A stretch of 63,415 bases of DNA, counting the filler, from Folioceros fuciformis (lineage: Eukaryota): assembly GCA_049999805.1 (NCBI GenBank). It is 13 parts of 13 records of this genome, joined end to end, with 100 filler letters (N's around TTAATTAATTAA, not from the genome) between each part and the next. Parts side by side here need not be neighbours in the genome. Positions count along the whole stretch, not along the records: positions 22,689 to 52,421 come from JBNGIO010005538.1; 12 more parts are not named here. One strand, 5' to 3'. Of the stretch, positions 25,180-36,790 are shown in pieces (the first letter of the stretch is position 1; each line of letters begins with the position of its first letter). The notes beneath the pieces were generated by a model, which saw only the letters and a list, made by a program, of their open reading frames with translations, ran no database searches and was not told the DNA's origin. The position numbers and the translations under genes are program-made.

Positions 25180-26550
25180 AGTGGCCCCAAGCTGTAAGGA
25201 ACCTGGCGTGCATCTTCCAGTTCTCCACAATTTGTATACATATCCAACAAGGAGTTGATAGCAGTCCTCTTGTCACAGTCCGTGAGTGCAGAGCTCGCTC
25301 ACGGCCCTTGTGTGTCATGCACCAGTGCTTGCATCCAGACAGCAAAGTAAAAGTAATGTGGAAGGCTAAAATCAGCCCCTCCTGCTCCATTTGTCCATAC
25401 ACGGTAAGACAAGCGCCTCCTGTCCGAGCCCTTGCAATGCCCAGCAAATAGGGCATTCCATGACACCATATCCTTCGTGGCCAATCTGACAAAAACCCTC
25501 TCCACATTTTGCATACACTTCCACCTGGCAGTTGCCCACCCCTGCCTTCTCCACATTTTGTATACATATCCACCAAGGAGTTGACAGCAGTCCTCTTGTC
25601 ACAGTCCGTGAGTGCAGAGCTCGCTCACGGCCCTTGTGTGTCATGCACCAGTGCTTGCATCCAGACAGCATAGTAAAAGTAATGTGGAAGGCTAAAATCA
25701 GCCCCTCCTGCTCCATTTGTCCATACACGATAAGACAAGCGCCTCCTGTCCGAGCCCTTGCTGCGCATACCCAGCAATCAGGGCACTCCATAACGCCATA
25801 TCCTTCGTGGCCAATCTGACAAAAACCTTCTCCACATTTTGCATACACTTCCACCTGGCAGTTGCCCATCCCTGCCTCATCCCGCAGTCCTCTTTCCACA
25901 ACCTGTGAGGGCAGTGGCATGCCCTTCTGTAAGGCACCTGTGCTTCCACGTCTTCAGAAGGCAAACGGAAAGCAAGATTTTCAGCCACAATGAGGCCCGC
26001 CTCCTCCATTTATTTGTCCGTGCACTACAAAAGTCTCTTGGCCTAGTCCTTGGTGTGCACTGCCAGCAATCAGAGCATTCCATGACACCACATCCTTTGC
26101 GGCCATGCTTTCAAAAACCTGGAGCATCTTCCAGTTACCCACGCTTTGCATACATGTTCACCACGCAGTTGCCCGACACAACGTTATCCAGCAGTTCTCT
26201 GTCGATAGTTCGCGAGTGCAGCTGCCGGCCCTTCCGTTCTCTGTAAGGCACTTGAGCTTGCGCACGCCTTCAGAAGGCAAAGTCGATAGTTCGCGAGTGC
26301 AGCTGCCGGCCCTTCCGTTCTCTGTAAGGCACTTGAGCTTGCGCACGCCTTCAGAAGGCAAACAAGAGTTACATGATTCACCCGATTGACGACCAGCTTC
26401 TCCATTCGTCCATACACAGCACCCGCTTTTTGGGCCGAGCCCTTGGTATCCATACCCGGCAATTAGGTCTGTCCACGGCACCACACTCTTGGTGGCCAAG
26501 CTCTCAAAAAGCTGGCGTGCATCGTCCACTTCACCACACTCTTGCATGCC
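25180..26550 (-). pseudogene. Degraded PLS-class PPR gene with internal tandem duplications
   Basis: Fragments VDMYTKCG, VFVRLATKDMVSWNAL, VTLVCLLKAC in shifting frames; ~326-bp and 81-bp tandem duplications. Confidence 0.8.
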
Positions 26551-26998
26551 CAGTTTGTTCCTTGCACTGCCGCACCTGGATGGAGGCTCTGCTTGCCAGG
26601 GGACGACTCCCTAAATCGAAATGGGGTGAGCAGGAGCTTTAGGTCGAATCCCTGTTCACGGACTACGTGAAGAACACGGAGCTCATCGGGCCGTTGCTCT
26701 TCCTCGTCGTTCAAACGCTTGGTCTTCGGCAGCTACAGCTACATGAAAGTGCTATGGTGCAGCAGCACCCCGCAGATCCTAGAGGTGATGGACTTGCAAG
26801 TTTGCACGATCCTCTTCATCGGAATCGTGCTTCAAAACTACCAATTGCGTGGGTAAGACACTCCCACGATACAAAACCAAGAAAAAACAAACGTAGTCTG
26901 CAACGGCAGTCCACCCTCAAGAACAGACCTCTCAGGGCTAGGCTTTCCTCAACCGTACTCTGAACACTTCTGAGGGATCTTCTGCGAACTCCTGCAGT

Positions 26999-28300
26999 TC
27001 AAGATTGTAGCATTCCGTGAATAGATGCACTTCTGGGTGCGATGAACTTTGGACGGCTGTCTAATGCCTTCGGTCCCATGCGATGATCGTTATGGTAACA
27101 GGTTTGGCAAACTCGGGTCCACAGTTTGGACACTGTATGGTAGGCGACGACGTCCACCCGCCTGGGCACAGTCGCAACAACCATCAACAGTTTGTCGCCC
27201 ACGATCTCTACGGCCAACACTCTCAAACTAGACCCCAAAACCTGCGGTGGACTCGAGACAAGCGTCCACGCCGCGCTGCCTTCATTCAACTTGAAGATGG
27301 TGCAGTCCAGCAGCACCGCGTAAAGGGCCTCGCAGTCGTAGCTGGGAAGATAGTGCACGGTCGTGCCCTGATGCAAAGGTGGCAGCGCGCTGATGTACTC
27401 GGCCTCTGCACTCAACCGCACCGGCGCATAAGAGGTGTAATTCTCCTTCCGATACCACACAACAGGGTAGATGAACCGTCTGCTCACGAACTCCGACGTC
27501 AGACGCAGCCGGCTACCCAAATCGGCGCCGATGTCCAGTGCCAGCTGCTCAGCCGACGACTTGGAAACGACAATCCTGGTCCACGTCTCGGGCGGGATTC
27601 CACTGGCAGAGCTGGAGTAGATGTAGAATCCTTCGTCAACGAGATCTTCGGTGTGGAACGACACGACAAGGCGGAAGCTGTAATCTGCATCCACCGCCAT
27701 AGTTAGGTCACCAACATGGCCCCAAGGGAGCGGAGGAAGCTCCTGACACGGGGTCTCCTCCACCGGGTTGAAGACGAAGATTCGAATGCTGCGCGTCGGC
27801 CGGTAGGAGCGCGCCATGAGCGCCAGCAGGCCGCCTTGCGCGCACCAATTCTCGCTGGGAATCAACTGTCTCTCGTCCACATCCGCCGGCAGCATCATCT
27901 TCGCCACCTTGAAACGCTCCACGATAGCGAAGGCTTTCACGGCCCTACACAGGGCTACAGCCCTACCGGAGCGCAATGCTATGGAGGTGGTCTGGTGCCG
28001 GAATCTTGAAGACGTGATGAGCTTCCTCCACTGCTTGCACACGGTGCAAAAGCGGGCCTGGCTGACGGCTGGAAGGAGCAGCAGAACATTCTCCACCAAG
28101 TTTTCGGGAAATCCTGCCCAAATTGCACTCATCTCCCTCGCGGGGGCTGCAATGGGAAACACCTCCTCCAGGAGCGTCATGTACATCATGGGCTGCTCTC
28201 GGGTAGGAATCGATAGTGCCATCGTCGGGAGCGGAGCGGAGAGGAGAGACCAGCAGCAAGCTAGATCTGCCAGCAGGATGAACACGAAGCGCCCCGGCAA
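26999..28300 (-). CDS. F-box protein (N-terminal F-box, beta-rich C-terminus); true start probably a downstream ATG
   Basis: IWAGFPENLVENVLLLLPAVSQARFCTVCKQWRKLI F-box; VFNP..LPP motif. Confidence 0.8.
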   Translation of the reverse strand: MPGRFVFILLADLACCWSLLSAPLPTMALSIPTREQPMMYMTLLEEVFPIAAPAREMSAIWAGFPENLVENVLLLLPAVSQARFCTVCKQWRKLITSSRFRHQTTSIALRSGRAVALCRAVKAFAIVERFKVAKMMLPADVDERQLIPSENWCAQGGLLALMARSYRPTRSIRIFVFNPVEETPCQELPPLPWGHVGDLTMAVDADYSFRLVVSFHTEDLVDEGFYIYSSSASGIPPETWTRIVVSKSSAEQLALDIGADLGSRLRLTSEFVSRRFIYPVVWYRKENYTSYAPVRLSAEAEYISALPPLHQGTTVHYLPSYDCEALYAVLLDCTIFKLNEGSAAWTLVSSPPQVLGSSLRVLAVEIVGDKLLMVVATVPRRVDVVAYHTVSKLWTRVCQTCYHNDHRMGPKALDSRPKFIAPRSASIHGMLQS

Positions 28301-29597
28301 CTAGTTATGCTACTAGGTTTTCCGTGCAACCTTCGATGGAGCGTAGGGGGTCGAGTACGGAGGCGGAGAGTGGGCGATCTGATCGTTGAGCTTCCAGCTT
28401 GCACGCGCCTAGCTCCCACATTCAACACACACAATGTGGGTTAACAGTTACTCCGTCGTACTGCCGACAAAGAAGAATTGTATGAGGGTCCACCGTCCGG
28501 TGCACGAGTCGACTAAGGACGGATTCGTCATTCTTAACTACACGACTCGATTGCCACTCCCGTCCAGTCAGGGCCACTTGAGACGTCCCATGCGCAATGT
28601 GGGCATGCCGTAAGGCGGGACACAGTAGCAGGTTGGAGCAGAGGTTCCCTGGTGGGGGTGCAATTGCTGTTGTGGGGCAGGGCCGGCGTTTTGTGCTACA
28701 GGTATGTTTGAGACCGACCCTGGCTTGGCTTGTGCACTTCCTGACGACCTCAACTCTTCCATGGATGCCTAGCATGTGCATTGAGCGGTGAGAGTGTAGT
28801 TTGCAAGGGTGATGGACTCGCACTGCATGCGAGTGGCCTCAGAGACTGTAAACTTGGTGGGTGCAGTGCTGGATCTAAGTAGTATCTGGCAAGAGCGTTT
28901 GAAGAGAATAATGAATCAATGCTATACCATTCCACCCGGGCATCCATCCCCACTTGACAAGAAGGCTCCACACTGAACACAAAGACTAGTGGTTTCGAAC
29001 GTACCGCATACCATGGATTCTGTCTTCTCTTGCAAAGTTATTGGGAAGCTGTTTTTCCTCCTCTACCTGCGCTAGTACGGAGACACAGATGCTGTCAAAT
29101 ACCGACGGCGGTTGGCTACAAAGGCTGCTATGCTATGTGAGACAAAGCAAAGGCAGGAAGTTGCCTGACTTGCTCGTCCTTCTAGCAAGCAAGTCTGCAC
29201 CGTTCACGACAGCCCAGTAAACAAATAGCTTCACGCACACGCTTAAATTGGGACAGCACAGTTGCGACATATATTTACGCAAGATGAGAGAGTCAGATCC
29301 GGAACACTGGAATGCAGTGTCCTGGGGTTTTTGACGCCCCTTACTTGTACGTGTTTATCCCTCTGCTGAGCCGTTCCTTCACAGCTGGGAAGAGCTCTCT
29401 TCCTTACAATCACAAAATGGCACATATGATTTCCTTTTGCCATGGGCTACAACTGAAATCAGCATGGCCCCGAACTAGTGTGGCGGGGATGTCTCTGTCC
29501 CCACTCATGCCCTGCCTTTCACAGTACTTCTACCTACAACGGATGGCGACTGAGTCAGCATGGCGGCGAGGGAAAACCTGTACCAGCCCGGGAGGAT

Positions 29598-31531
29598 TTA
29601 TGAATCCAAACAGGATTCAGCAGTCCCGCGGACTGCCTCGTTTTCCAGAAGAATTGGTTCGTGGCAAAGGATTTCCACGCTGGGCCCGGTGTCTGGTACC
29701 AGAAATAGGAAAATCAACGGCAGGAGCAGCATAAAATTACGGATTAGAATTGCCAGCCACAGAAGACGAAAATCAGTCTGACCGGGCCCAGCTGCACTGC
29801 TTTCACGAACCACATGACAAAGTTTGAGCAAGATTCCGCCGTTAGACACCGCCGAGAACATGCCCAAATTATCTACTGACATGAGGAAGGCAAAAAATGT
29901 GCCCTCGATGCCAGGAGGACAGAGCTTTGCGCACATGACTAGGAGCGGCATCCACTTGAGGCGGTAAAGCGCCCCGGTTAGGCTCTCATCAAGAAGCACA
30001 AAGATGGAGTCCGGCAGGTGCATCTTGAGGTTGATGCGGAAGATGAGCAGCAGGTCCAGCATTCCAGCAGCTGACATAAAGAGTTGTGACCATTTGAGAA
30101 TGCTCCGGAAGGAGCACTCCCGCAAGTATTTGTTGTACAAAAAGGAGGCACCCAGGGTTCCAACAGAGGCAACAGCATACATAATGCCAATAAAGTCCTG
30201 CTTGCCAGCACAAAGTGAGTCTGTGACTACCAGGAGATAGAGAGACAGACAGCACGTCACGCACTAGGGTACCTGGGAGAAGCCAGGGCCGACAGTGGTG
30301 TCCGTATACCAGTAGAACTTTGCCTCCGAGATAACAGGGCACAATGCCCACGAGAGATACATAAACAAAGTGGGCCTCCACACTTGGGGCTGCCTAAGTG
30401 TGGACCACATCTCTCGCAAAACCTGCCTAAGGTTCCCCCACGCCTGATACACACAAGAGAGGATCACATCTGCAAGCAGAGAGAATCAATTACTGTAAGA
30501 TAGAGCCTCAAAGTAGTCCAGGACAAAAACCTGGTTGGAACCGCAACTGTCACGCTCCTCGTAGAAGATGACACCGAGGATCAGAAAAAGTGCAGCCGGA
30601 ATGAACAGAAGCCCAAACGCTCCCTGCCAACATGGACATGGACGGTACTAGATCAGCACCTGCAGGTGCATCAACTCTCTATCCTGTAACCATCCAAACA
30701 CCAGATGAGATTCTGGGAACGACGCAAGTCTGCAGACCTGGGAACCCAGGGCGTGAACAACCATCCCGCTAGAGGCAAAACCGATCAGGTTTCCCACAGA
30801 CGAGCACCCAGAGCACAGAGCTTGCATATCCGGCCCCAGAGCTGGGTGTTCACGGGTTTTCCTGGCCACTTCAGCATCGATAGTGACGTCTCCAACGGCG
30901 TCAGCTAACGACAAAGCTGTGAAGAGTATAACAGCAACGTGGTCATGTAGCTTCCCTCCTAACGCTACAACCGCAACGGCTGCAATGCTCAACAGTCCTG
31001 CCAGTAACAACAAAATCCCGGTGTCGGATAATTCAGCTATGCTACTGCCATACCGACTCCCTATGACTGTCCCCGCGCAGCAAATGCAATCCAGAGACGC
31101 TCTGAACCTGGGAGAATGAAGTAAGGTCTTCGGTGATACCCAGCCATTGGGAAGGCGTCCGTGAGGAACCCGTACAAAGGCTTCACGTTCCAGGGGAGGA
31201 AGGTGATCCCTCTGTAGAATTGCACCTGCCAGGGAGCTGCACCCTGCACATCCTTCCAAAAGTACTCCACGACCACGCGCTTGTATGCTCCCCCAAACCC
31301 TTGGCTCACGCCATACACAATCATGATTCCGAACACAACACTGCCATTCACCTCCTTCGCAATCCCCACGATCCAGTGCCACGGCCGCAAGACGGCAGCT
31401 AGGAAAGCCACCGACCGGACGCCCGCGCCCGGCACGACCACATCCTTACCGCTCGCCGCCTCCACCTCCAGTCCCCAAGCCAGGGGCGCGGCCGGGTCGT
31501 CTGTTTCTTCCAAAGCCGCCATCGCTGGCAT
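29598..31531 (-). CDS. Folate-biopterin transporter (BT1 family), multi-exon
   Basis: LPWNVKPLYGFLTDAFPMAGYHRRPYF, DVTIDA, AKLCPPGIEGTFFAFLMS; multiple transmembrane segments split by introns. Confidence 0.88.
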
Positions 31532-31966
31532 CGACAATGCGCACGAGATGCATTCCCACCTGACTGGAAGCAAGGCCAAAACTACGCGCTCGACACAAGC
31601 CACCACGAGATGCCCGTATTGGGACCCGGAGGCGCTGGCGGAAATTCTGACTTTCAGAATATATATGTACACATGTGCCAGCACGGAATATGATGTAGGA
31701 ACGTACACATGTACATAGAATACAATTGCACGTATTTGTATTTGTATTTTTATCTGTTTTTTTTTCTGGAAAGCGAATGTACGGACGACTATAAAGCGAC
31801 CCGGTGAACACGTGCACTCTTTTCTCGATTTCAAAATTTTGCTGCAACGGCTAGCTCCGGCTCCGTGGCTTCCTCGCGAAGACGAGGGCGGCGACTCTGA
31901 AGGTTTTTGGCCAGGCGAGTTCACCTGGTAGTAGCAGCGGCATTGGAGCGGAATTTGTAGGACGGG

Positions 31967-33982
31967 ATGCACTCTGCGCCGAGGCAGAGGCGAGGTGGCC
32001 TTACTACTGGAAATTCTTGCTGGGAGGATGAGGAGGAGGAAGAGGAGCAAGATTTGGCATGGCTCATGCCGCGTCACGCCAAGCTGGTCCGGGAGCTTGA
32101 TGAGCTGAAGCAAGTTTCCCCCTGTGCACCCGCAGATGCTGCTTCTGTGCAAGGATCGTTGTTCTCTGCAACTTATATGCGTCGGAAGAAGGTGAAGGAC
32201 AGAGGAGTTGAGAAAGGCGCTGCTTACAAGTGTGCCTCGTCCACTCGCTGGCTTGGACGCGGTGGCAAGTATAGCGTGTTGCAGGAGATTGAGAATTTCA
32301 TGGACAAGAGAGGGGAAACGGGGAAAAGACAGCGCAGAGTGCGTTCTCGAGGAAGCGCGACGAAAGCAAGGCGGGAGAGTGCGGGAAAGACTGCTTTTCA
32401 CATTTGCCTGGAGGAAGATGTTGATGCCGAAGAAATCGCCGGTTGGGAGAAGGAGAACCTTGTGGAGGAAGAAGGTTCGGCTTCTGGACAGTTTTGTTTC
32501 GAAGGCGTGAGCTATGGTAGTGGAGGACAGGAACAGGCTGCTCCGGAGAGTTTGTCCACAGTCAAAGTAAATGCTGGACCTGTGGAAGGGGACGTGGGAA
32601 TGGTGGAAGAGGTCCGAGCACCTGCGGAGGGGGATATGGAAATTGTGGACGAGGTCCAAGCACCGCAGGTGCTCCTCGCGGAAGGAACTGTTGAATCTAA
32701 AACGGGGAAGGAGGATGTACTTCTGGAAGAGGATGTAGTTGCTGGAGAGGATTTTGTTATGGAAGAGGCCGCAGCACCTCGGGTACTGTTTCCGGTAAGC
32801 CCTATATTGCAAGTAGAGGACGAAGACGGAGCAGCAGACTTGATGAAAGCAATGATGGAACTCAGTGAGATACTGGACAAGGAGGTACTTGATGGCTGTT
32901 CCTCAGATGTGGAGTCCGTTACTGGAACCTGCAGATTTGCAGAAGGGTTAGTAGAATCCGAAAGAGTTGAAGAGGAGCAGAAGAGTGCAACGCCTTGTAC
33001 TGCAAATCAGCCGAGACTGGAGGACGGAGGAAGTGAGCCAAATCATGCTTCGGGACCTTCGCGAGATACAAGAGTTGAGCAGGGTGAAACGAAGGGGCGG
33101 ATTGAGGAGCGACCGAGGCCAAATTCGCTCCCTGAAGTGATTTGTGTCACGACTCCTGACACACGAGACGTTATGCAGACTTTGGATGGGGTGGAACAGA
33201 GAACTTCTTGCTTTGGGAAGTCCAAAGGGAGTTCTGTTCCAGAGTCCCTGAGAAGATTGCAGAAAATGCAGATGGAGCATGGCGTGGATGTTGGAGATGC
33301 TGCTACGAGCAAGGACTTTATCGAGGGTAGCTCCGAACCTTCCCCTGAGGCGACAGGATCTGAAAAGGTGAAGTCAGGACAAGCTGGCTGTGAGGGGATT
33401 GGTGTAGGATACCAGTCTCAAGATGCTGCTCATGTCAAGGATCAAGTTAGAGTGGATTTACGTGGGGATGTCATGCAAACACAAGGCCAGAGCGCTGAAC
33501 ATGAAACTGGCTGGCCTCCTGAGTCTGCCCGTGATTTGGTTGAACCACTCGATGACGCTGCCGATGACGCGACAAGACGGTCAGGGCAGGCTGTGAATAC
33601 TCCAGGTGATGGCCCCGGGGATACTGATCAAGCCATTGCGCAGAACCATGACCGCACAGGTGCTGAGCCTTGCAAAGGCAGGTCCAAACGCAGAAGGCAA
33701 ACCGACTCAGCAAAGAGCAAGAGAAAGAGCTTGGCAGGTGCTGGTACAGTTTGGAAGGATGGTCTCAGGCGCAGCACTAGGATCAGATCCAGGCCTTTGG
33801 AGTACTGGAATGGTGAAAGGATGCTATATGGACGCGTCCACGACACCCTCGTGACGCTCATTGGAATCAAGACATACACATCTCCACCACCAACCAGAGG
33901 GCGAGACAAGCTGCTCAAGTTCAATGTACAGTCTTTCGTGTCGCCAAGGCACCAGGCTTTAGTCGACTTCGCTGCAATATGA
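31967..33982 (+). CDS. CENPC: Centromere protein C (CENP-C)-like, single exon
   Basis: C-terminal [45 protein letters not shown] matches the plant CENP-C motif; long acidic disordered middle. Confidence 0.85.
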   Translation: MHSAPRQRRGGLTTGNSCWEDEEEEEEQDLAWLMPRHAKLVRELDELKQVSPCAPADAASVQGSLFSATYMRRKKVKDRGVEKGAAYKCASSTRWLGRGGKYSVLQEIENFMDKRGETGKRQRRVRSRGSATKARRESAGKTAFHICLEEDVDAEEIAGWEKENLVEEEGSASGQFCFEGVSYGSGGQEQAAPESLSTVKVNAGPVEGDVGMVEEVRAPAEGDMEIVDEVQAPQVLLAEGTVESKTGKEDVLLEEDVVAGEDFVMEEAAAPRVLFPVSPILQVEDEDGAADLMKAMMELSEILDKEVLDGCSSDVESVTGTCRFAEGLVESERVEEEQKSATPCTANQPRLEDGGSEPNHASGPSRDTRVEQGETKGRIEERPRPNSLPEVICVTTPDTRDVMQTLDGVEQRTSCFGKSKGSSVPESLRRLQKMQMEHGVDVGDAATSKDFIEGSSEPSPEATGSEKVKSGQAGCEGIGVGYQSQDAAHVKDQVRVDLRGDVMQTQGQSAEHETGWPPESARDLVEPLDDAADDATRRSGQAVNTPGDGPGDTDQAIAQNHDRTGAEPCKGRSKRRRQTDSAKSKRKSLAGAGTVWKDGLRRSTRIRSRPLEYWNGERMLYGRVHDTLVTLIGIKTYTSPPPTRGRDKLLKFNVQSFVSPRHQALVDFAAI

Positions 33983-34284
33983 AGTGTTGAGATATTTAGA
34001 GATTGCCAAATGTTCTTAAAAGAGTTCCAGGTTCGGTACCAATTGTATAGCTAGAGGAAACACAAGGGATGCCACGTTCTGTGGATTGCTGGCAGCAGAA
34101 TATCTTTAAGTGTCCACATGATGGTAGATCGGAGGTCCTATCTACTGCTTCTCTGGGTGATGTTGTGGGCTGAGTGACCCTACAGTTTGGGCGAATTATG
34201 TATACTACCTACTTGGGCGAGACATGTCTGGAGCTCTGGAAGAGATTGTTTGCGAATTGTGTGAATCGAAAGTTTGACACTGAC

Positions 34285-35877
34285 CTAAAATGTTTCCTGG
34301 TTGCTATCAAGATCAACCATTTTCATGGCATACAAGTTCCCGGCTTTCTGGCACACCACGACCTTGGCATGGGATTTCACTATGCCGGCCGCTTTTCCAT
34401 GCTCAATAGCAGCTTTGAGACAGAGGTCGGCGGAGGTAAGAGAGGAAAGGTTCTGCCCTTCGGCTTGCAGTGGCATCAGGCCGCGCACTGCCATGCATTG
34501 CCTGAACTGGAAGGTCCCATTGAAGGCTATGGCTGCAGGAGTGGGTGTCTCAGGCTTGGGGATGAGCAGCACCAGGATTGGCACAGGCGGTCGGTACTTG
34601 GCCACCAGGCGTGCCGCCTTGCCGGAGTAGGAGAGCACCACGATCATGCAGGCATTTGTTGTGGTGGCAGCTCGCACTGCCGAGGATGCGATGGATTCCA
34701 GATGGTTCATGGGCTCTCCGGCAGCCAGCACGACCTGCCGGTAGTACACGTTGTGGTTGTACACTTTCTCCGCCTCAGCGCAAATGCGCTGCACGGTGGC
34801 GATGGTCTGCACAGGGTACTGGCCCCTTAGGGTTTCGGCTCCGAGGAGGATGCCGTCCGCGCCGTCCAGCACGGCGTTGGCGATGTCCGTGGCCTCGGCT
34901 CTGGTCGGCCGTGGTATTTCTACCATGGAGTCGACGACGCGGGTGATCACGGCCACCTTACCTGCCATGTTGCATCGGTGGAGCACTGCTTTCTGGACGA
35001 GAAACACCTTCTCCGGCGGTAGGTCGATCCCCAGGTTCCCCCGGGACAGGATGACGCCATCGCACTCCTTGAGGATTTCGTCGAAGTGACGGAGCCCATC
35101 GGCGGTTTCTATCTTAGCGTACACCTGTATCTGGCTGGCTCCCAGGCTGGCAAGGTGTGCTTTGGCTTCCCGGATGTCATCGGCTTGGCGGGTGTAGGAG
35201 ACAGAGACGAAGTCGATATTGTTGGGGACGCCCCACTTTTGTATGGTTTCCTTGTCCCCTTCGCTCAGTGTGGGCAGCGTGACGTGGATCTGGGAGGCGT
35301 AGGCCGTGAAGACGCTGCCGACCAGGGTTGCGCTGTTCTTGGCCTTGCAGATCACCTCCTTCCCTGTGGTCTCCACCACTTCCAGCCAGACGGATGTGTT
35401 TTCGCTCCCGGTGAAGAGGTACTGGCCGACAAAGATGATGTCCCCTGGCTTTACCGATTTGGCCAGGTGGTCGTAGTTGACAGGAAGGATCTGTGAGGAG
35501 GGTTCGCGTTTCCTGTCCGGCGTGAGCGTCACCGTGGCATCTGCTTTCAAGGATATCGGTTTTTCCTTTTTGTTCAGGATCTGCAGCTCTGGCCCGATGG
35601 TGTCCAGCATCACGGCACAGGGGCGCTTCGTGTTGTGGATGGCTTTTCTGAGCGTGGCCAGGGTTTCTTGGTGATAGTCGTGGCTGCCCCAGGAGAAGTC
35701 GAAGCGCGCCACGGACATGCCGGCTTTCAACAGGGATTCGATTATCTCCAGCGACCGGGACTTGGGGCCCAGGGTGCCGATTACCTTGGTCAGCGCTGGG
35801 TATGGGTTCACAGCGGAGGTTTCAAGTATGGAACCCAGGCGGAGCGGGCCCTGCAGCTGCAAATGCGCCGGATGCAT
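34285..35877 (-). CDS. PK: Cytosolic pyruvate kinase, intronless CDS
   Basis: TKVIGTLGP, ARFDFSWG, AKIE, SRGNLG, PRPTRAEATD, GAETLRG; ATG at 35877 (MHPAHL). Confidence 0.93.
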   Translation of the reverse strand: MHPAHLQLQGPLRLGSILETSAVNPYPALTKVIGTLGPKSRSLEIIESLLKAGMSVARFDFSWGSHDYHQETLATLRKAIHNTKRPCAVMLDTIGPELQILNKKEKPISLKADATVTLTPDRKREPSSQILPVNYDHLAKSVKPGDIIFVGQYLFTGSENTSVWLEVVETTGKEVICKAKNSATLVGSVFTAYASQIHVTLPTLSEGDKETIQKWGVPNNIDFVSVSYTRQADDIREAKAHLASLGASQIQVYAKIETADGLRHFDEILKECDGVILSRGNLGIDLPPEKVFLVQKAVLHRCNMAGKVAVITRVVDSMVEIPRPTRAEATDIANAVLDGADGILLGAETLRGQYPVQTIATVQRICAEAEKVYNHNVYYRQVVLAAGEPMNHLESIASSAVRAATTTNACMIVVLSYSGKAARLVAKYRPPVPILVLLIPKPETPTPAAIAFNGTFQFRQCMAVRGLMPLQAEGQNLSSLTSADLCLKAAIEHGKAAGIVKSHAKVVVCQKAGNLYAMKMVDLDSNQETF

Positions 35878-36790
35878 CTTGGATGGATCTTGGATCCCCC
35901 TTGATGGAGGATGGAGGTTAGTGCTCACCTTTGAAGAAGTAGCGGACCAACAGACGGGCCACTTTGCTGCGAACCTGAAGTAGGCGCAGTAACTCTATTC
36001 TGCACTGATTCCTTCTCAAGGGCTTGGATATGTGCTACGGGTAGACTTGGGCTACCCCGGTGATCATCCCCGACGCATCTAATACATCCGAGTGCATACA
36101 GCCTCTCAGAGCGATGAACTTGGTCGCGTGGCATGTTCTCTTTTTCTTGAGTTTTGGGCTCGCATCTCTTTTCACCCGCATGCCATTTCGGCACAGAGCC
36201 CTAATCCTACACTCGAAGGTTTACTTACCGAGCGGTTTACTCTTTGAAAGGAAGGTAAGAATTTTGTGGGGATCCTCTAACCTCCACGCGATTTCGGGCC
36301 GTCAGCCCCGATCCGGCCCCGCGGGGATCTCTTCTTAACTATCATCAATTATCCTAACAAAGCGAGCTTGTAGGACTGCGGGATTCAAATGGCTGTCGGA
36401 GTTCTTAAAATTACATCAATTCTGATGCAAGATAAATTTTGAATGAACGTCAAGTAATGGAAAAGATTAATTTAGTGGTTAATGATTTAGTGATCAAAAC
36501 CACAATACCTAAATTCATTCTAACTTGTAACATATTTGTGAATGAGATTTTACTAGTGAAAAAAAGTTCACATTAAATTTAGAACTTCATAGACCCGGTT
36601 TGCCAAATATTGCACCCTTAATGGACATAAAATAAAGATTCAATAACCTCGAAGAATAAATGAAGTTAAATAGGTACACTTATTTTACTTACTTTATACT
36701 GAAATATAAAAATATTTTGAATAAAATTCTTGCATTAGTCAAGGTTTCCTCTTACCAAAAGAATTTGGTCACTTTAATCTGAAATTTTAC

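Noticed and set aside
31061-32812. 583-aa minus-strand ORF as a novel protein
   Set aside because: It is the antisense shadow of CENP-C plus intergenic DNA running in frame into FBT exon 1.
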